Positions 60,922-64,000 of a stretch of DNA of 64,000 nt are shown here, piece by piece. Below the pieces are notes generated by a model, which was given only the letters and a program-made list of their open reading frames with translations, searched no databases and was not told the origin of the DNA. The position numbers and the translations under genes were made by a program. Position 1 is the first letter of the stretch. Every line of letters starts with the position of its first letter. Origin of the DNA: an uncultured Conexibacteraceae bacterium (GTDB lineage: Bacteria > Actinomycetota > Thermoleophilia > Solirubrobacterales > 70-9); the NCBI GenBank assembly GCA_964464285.1, contig CAYXFL010000001.1, positions 46,897 through 110,896 of the forward strand, written 5' to 3'.

Positions 60922-62973
60922 TCAGTCCGAGACCTCTTTGGCGATCGCGTCGCGGGCGTCCTGGGGTTCGAGCACGACGAGGTCGCCGGCGCCGCGCAGG
61001 ATCTCCCGCACCAGCCAGGGCTTGCCGGCGTAGGGAAGCTCGACAACGACGGCGCCGTCGGCCAGCTCCTCGACCACGGTGCGCTCCTCGCGCAGCCAGC
61101 GCGCCCGCTCCGGCGAGACCCAGACCCGGGCGACCTCGGCGGTCGGCACCTCGCCGTGGGTCATCCAGCCCTCGACCCCGGCGAACTCCTCGACTTCCGG
61201 GCGCGGCTCGAAGCTCTGCTCGGAGAGCGTCGCCTCCTTGATCCGGTCGAGCTTGAAGTGGCGGACGCCCTCTTTGCCGAGGTCGTAGCACTCGACGTAC
61301 CAGCCCTCTTTGCCGTTCTCGAGCCGGTAGGGCTCGACCCGGCGGTCGGTGAGCTGGTCCTCGTTCTCCTTGTAGTAGGAGAGCTCGAGCACGCGGCTCT
61401 TCGCGATCGCGTCGTTGACGAGGCGGGCGACGGCGGCGTCGCCGCCGCCGGTCGGGACGATCTCGAGGCCCTCCTCGGAGGGGTCGTGACCGAGCGCGCC
61501 GACGATTTTCTCGCGGGCGCTCTGCAGGTCGGACTGCGGCAGGTGGTCGCCGAAGAGGTCGATCGCGGCGACCAGCGCCTTCGCCTCCAGCGGCAAGAGG
61601 CGGGCCGGGCGGGCGAAGTTGTCGCCGTAGGGCTGCGAGTCGACCTCGATCTCGTCGCCGAGGATCTCCGCGTAGAGCACGTAGGTGCCGCCGCCGAAGT
61701 TGACCACGTTGAGCAGCTCGACGTCCTCGCGCAGCTCGTCGTCGGTCAGCTCCAGCCGCTGGCGCAGCTCGGCGATCTGCAGCCGCTCGCCCTTTTTCGC
61801 CGCTTCGATCAGCAGGCCGGCGAGGGTGACCAGGCGGGCGAAGCGCTCCGGGCGGATCGCCGCCTCGCCGCGGCCGTTGGAGCGGCCGCGGCGGGGCGCG
61901 TCGCGCAGCGGCCGGTCGACCACCTGGGCCGGCTTGAACCCGTTCTCGTGGCGGTCGCGCAGCAGCGAGACCCGGCTCTCGGCCTCCGCGCGCAGCTCCG
62001 CCGGCTCCAGCACGCGGGCGTTCTGGCGCCAGCGCAGGACCCAGGCGATCAGCTCGCGGTGCGAGGCGTACTCGGTCTCGAACACCTTGCCCTTGCCCGG
62101 CGCCCCGTCGGACTTCTTGGCGTCGCGAAGCTCGCCGTACTCGCCGAAGTCGCGCTCGATCAGCCAGGCGATCCGCTCGCGGATGAAGATCTTCGCGGTG
62201 CCCTGGGTCTCCCCCAGCTGCCAGTCGGCGCGGCTGCCGTAGTCGCGGCGGTCGAAGTTCTCCGGCGGTGAGAAGTCGTGCTCGGCCTTGGACGCATATC
62301 CGACCTTGCCCTGGATCCGCGAGAGCCGGAAGACCCGCACCGCGTCGCGCTCGTGCGAGTGGCCGATCAAGTAGAACTGGCCGCCGCGGAAGACCAGGTG
62401 GAAGGGGTCGACCTTGCGCTTCTCGGTCTCGCCCCGCTCCATCGTGAAGTAGGTGAACTCGATCGTCTTGCGGCGGCTGATCGCGGTCTCGATCTTGGAG
62501 AGGCGCTGGGAGAGGTCGCGGCCGCCGGCGGAGGCGGTCATCGCCATCTCGACCGGGGCGCGCTCGCCCTCGTGCAAGGGGTTGGGATGGCCCCAGGCGA
62601 CCTGCTGCAGGGCCAGGCGCAGCGGCTCCGCGTAGGCGAAGCCGCCGTCGGTGAGCAGCAGCAGCGCGGTCGAGAGCGCCGCCAGCTCGTCGTCGGAGAA
62701 GGAGATCGCGTCGAGGTAGAAGTTCTCCGGCGGCAGCGAGTAGAGCTCGGCCTCGAAGAACCCCTCGCCGGGCTTCTCGACCCCGAGCTGGATCCCGAGG
62801 CTCTCGAGCTCCGCCCGGTCCGCGTAGAAACGACGCGCGAACGCGTCGTCGTTCATGTCGCTATAGCCCTCCACCTCACGCTTGATCTCCAGGGCCGAGA
62901 CTGGGCGGCCCTGGGCCATCAGGAACGAGATCAGAGAGAGCTGGCGGATCAGCTTCTCGGTGTCCTTCGCCAC
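60922..62973 (-). CDS. pafBC: fused PafB-PafC-like transcriptional regulator (two HTH-WYL-WCX modules in one chain)
   Basis: Module 1 has LIRQLSLISFLM... (HTH) and TIEFTYFTMERGETEKRKVDPFHLVFRGGQFYLIGH (WYL). Module 2 has RFARLVTLAGLL... and VLELSYYKENEDQLTDRRVEPYRLENGKEGWYVECYD (WYL). GTG start at 62973. Confidence 0.8.
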   Translation of the reverse strand: MAKDTEKLIRQLSLISFLMAQGRPVSALEIKREVEGYSDMNDDAFARRFYADRAELESLGIQLGVEKPGEGFFEAELYSLPPENFYLDAISFSDDELAALSTALLLLTDGGFAYAEPLRLALQQVAWGHPNPLHEGERAPVEMAMTASAGGRDLSQRLSKIETAISRRKTIEFTYFTMERGETEKRKVDPFHLVFRGGQFYLIGHSHERDAVRVFRLSRIQGKVGYASKAEHDFSPPENFDRRDYGSRADWQLGETQGTAKIFIRERIAWLIERDFGEYGELRDAKKSDGAPGKGKVFETEYASHRELIAWVLRWRQNARVLEPAELRAEAESRVSLLRDRHENGFKPAQVVDRPLRDAPRRGRSNGRGEAAIRPERFARLVTLAGLLIEAAKKGERLQIAELRQRLELTDDELREDVELLNVVNFGGGTYVLYAEILGDEIEVDSQPYGDNFARPARLLPLEAKALVAAIDLFGDHLPQSDLQSAREKIVGALGHDPSEEGLEIVPTGGGDAAVARLVNDAIAKSRVLELSYYKENEDQLTDRRVEPYRLENGKEGWYVECYDLGKEGVRHFKLDRIKEATLSEQSFEPRPEVEEFAGVEGWMTHGEVPTAEVARVWVSPERARWLREERTVVEELADGAVVVELPYAGKPWLVREILRGAGDLVVLEPQDARDAIAKEVSD

Positions 62974-63003
62974 TGGTGCGCAGGATAGTCTGCGGCGCAC
63001 GGC

Positions 63004-63357
63004 ATGGACATCCTGCGCAACCTCTTCGGCAGCCTGACCTCCGGCATTATCCGACTATTGGTGACGGTCGGAATCATCGCCGCGGTCGGCTATTTCATCG
63101 TCAAGCCGACCCTCGACACGACCAATCGGGCGATCGACGGGGCCAACAACGCGTTTCGCGAATCGCTGCAGCCGGGCAGCGCCGGGGTCACCGACGTGAA
63201 AGGGATGATCGAGGGCGTCAACAAGGAGATCCAGCGCGATCTGCGCCGCTCGTTCAAGGTGGCCGAGCGCGAGGGCAACCCGCACCGGCTGATCCGCTGC
63301 ATCAAGCGCGCCAACGGCGACGTCGCGAAAATCCAGCGATGCACGCTGAAATTCTGA
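63004..63357 (+). CDS. small membrane-anchored hypothetical protein (117 aa)
   Basis: The N-terminal TM segment IIRLLVTVGIIAAVGYFIV is followed by a charged soluble part. Divergent from pafBC with only a 30-nt spacer. Confidence 0.55.
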   Translation: MDILRNLFGSLTSGIIRLLVTVGIIAAVGYFIVKPTLDTTNRAIDGANNAFRESLQPGSAGVTDVKGMIEGVNKEIQRDLRRSFKVAEREGNPHRLIRCIKRANGDVAKIQRCTLKF

Positions 63358-63376
63358 GCGGGTAGGGCCTGCCGCG

Positions 63377-64000
63377 ATGGCCGCGCCGACCGCCAGCGAG
63401 GAGCCGCCGCGCGCGCTGCCGCCGGCGCTGGCCGCCGCCACCGTGTTCGTCGCCGCCGGCGCGGTGCTGGTCCTGGAGATCCTCGCGGTGCGGCTGCTCG
63501 CGCCCTACGTCGGCCTCACCCTGGAGACGACGACCTCGATCATCGGCGCGGCCCTGGCCGGGATCGCCGCCGGCGCCGCGCTCGGCGGCTACCTCGCCGA
63601 CCGCACCGACACCCGCCGCCTGGTCGTGATCCTGCTGGTCGCCGGCGGGGCGCTGGCGATGCTGACGCTGCCGATCGTGCGCCTGCTCGGCGAGGCCCTG
63701 CAGGGCGAGGGCGACGCGGCGGCGCTGCTGATCACGGTCGTCGCCCTGGTCCCGGCGGCGGCGCTGCTGAGCGCGGTCTCGCCGGCGGTCGCCCACCTGC
63801 AGCTGCACGACCTGCGGGTCAGCGGCACCGTGGTCGGGCGGCTCTCGGCATGGGCGACGGCGGGGGCGCTGACCGGCACCTTCGGCACCGGCTTCGTGAT
63901 CGTGCCGCTGATCCCGGTCGGCACCGCGGTCCTGCTGACCGGCGGCCTGGTCGCGCTGTTCGGGCTCGGGCTGGCCGCCTGGGGCCGGATCGTGCCGGCC
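63377..64000 (+). CDS. polytopic membrane protein, partial (N-terminal membrane domain as in fused MFS/spermidine-synthase-like proteins)
   Basis: Absent from the ORF track because no stop lies in the window. ATG 63377 begins an open, GC3-rich frame to the window end. VLEILAVRLLAPYVGLTLETTTSIIGAALAGIAAGAALGG resembles the membrane domain of spermidine-synthase-like proteins. Confidence 0.55.
   Translation, partial: MAAPTASEEPPRALPPALAAATVFVAAGAVLVLEILAVRLLAPYVGLTLETTTSIIGAALAGIAAGAALGGYLADRTDTRRLVVILLVAGGALAMLTLPIVRLLGEALQGEGDAAALLITVVALVPAAALLSAVSPAVAHLQLHDLRVSGTVVGRLSAWATAGALTGTFGTGFVIVPLIPVGTAVLLTGGLVALFGLGLAAWGRIVPA

Noticed and set aside
1-64000. CRISPR arrays, tRNA/rRNA genes, IS transposases, integrases and prophage genes
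   Set aside because: I found no regularly spaced direct repeats, no cloverleaf-like or rRNA-like AT/GC patterning, and no DDE, serine or tyrosine recombinase-like translations in any frame of the ORF track.

Overview
Very G+C-rich, gene-dense bacterial chromosome segment. Third codon positions are almost uniformly G/C. Many genes are coupled through ATGA/GTGA start-stop overlaps. Protein families look Actinomycetota-like, but the taxon cannot be confirmed without a search. All family calls come from reading the supplied translations by eye; no database search was run. I recognised no rRNA, tRNA, CRISPR array or transposase/integrase. The window is dominated by a roughly 39 kb cell-envelope glycan assembly super-locus (about 14.1-53.4 kb). 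It contains rmlA/B/C/D, nine GT2-type catalytic domains, two GT-B domains and a Wzm/Wzt ABC exporter. It also holds five SAM methyltransferases (one fused to a coiled coil), three GtrB/ArnC/Ppm1-type polyprenyl-phosphate glycosyltransferases and five large polytopic GT-C-like membrane proteins. Further members are extra SDR sugar-modifying enzymes, a split transketolase, a glutaminase-less AsnB-like PP-loop enzyme and an Sfp-type PPTase. A vapBC toxin-antitoxin pair with its own AT-rich operator sits inside one of the glycan operons. The left flank (1-14.1 kb) carries an acyl-CoA mutase catalytic subunit and a DUF559 gene boxed in by inverted hairpin repeats. It also carries a UDP-xylose synthase-like SDR, a single-chain ECF sigma/anti-sigma fusion coupled to a large exported protein, and a basic HbhA-like protein behind tandem LexA-type boxes. 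An IMPase and an orphan AddB/AdnA-like helicase-nuclease complete this flank. The right flank (53.4-64 kb) carries a PQQ-type sugar dehydrogenase, a 127-bp inverted-repeat element and a clan GH-A hydrolase. It continues with a PPOX/F420-family protein, an HD-GYP protein, a penicillin-acylase-family Ntn hydrolase, an MBL hydrolase and a naturally fused PafBC-like double-WYL regulator. Most other long ORFs in the six-frame track are antisense or out-of-frame shadows typical of high-GC DNA.
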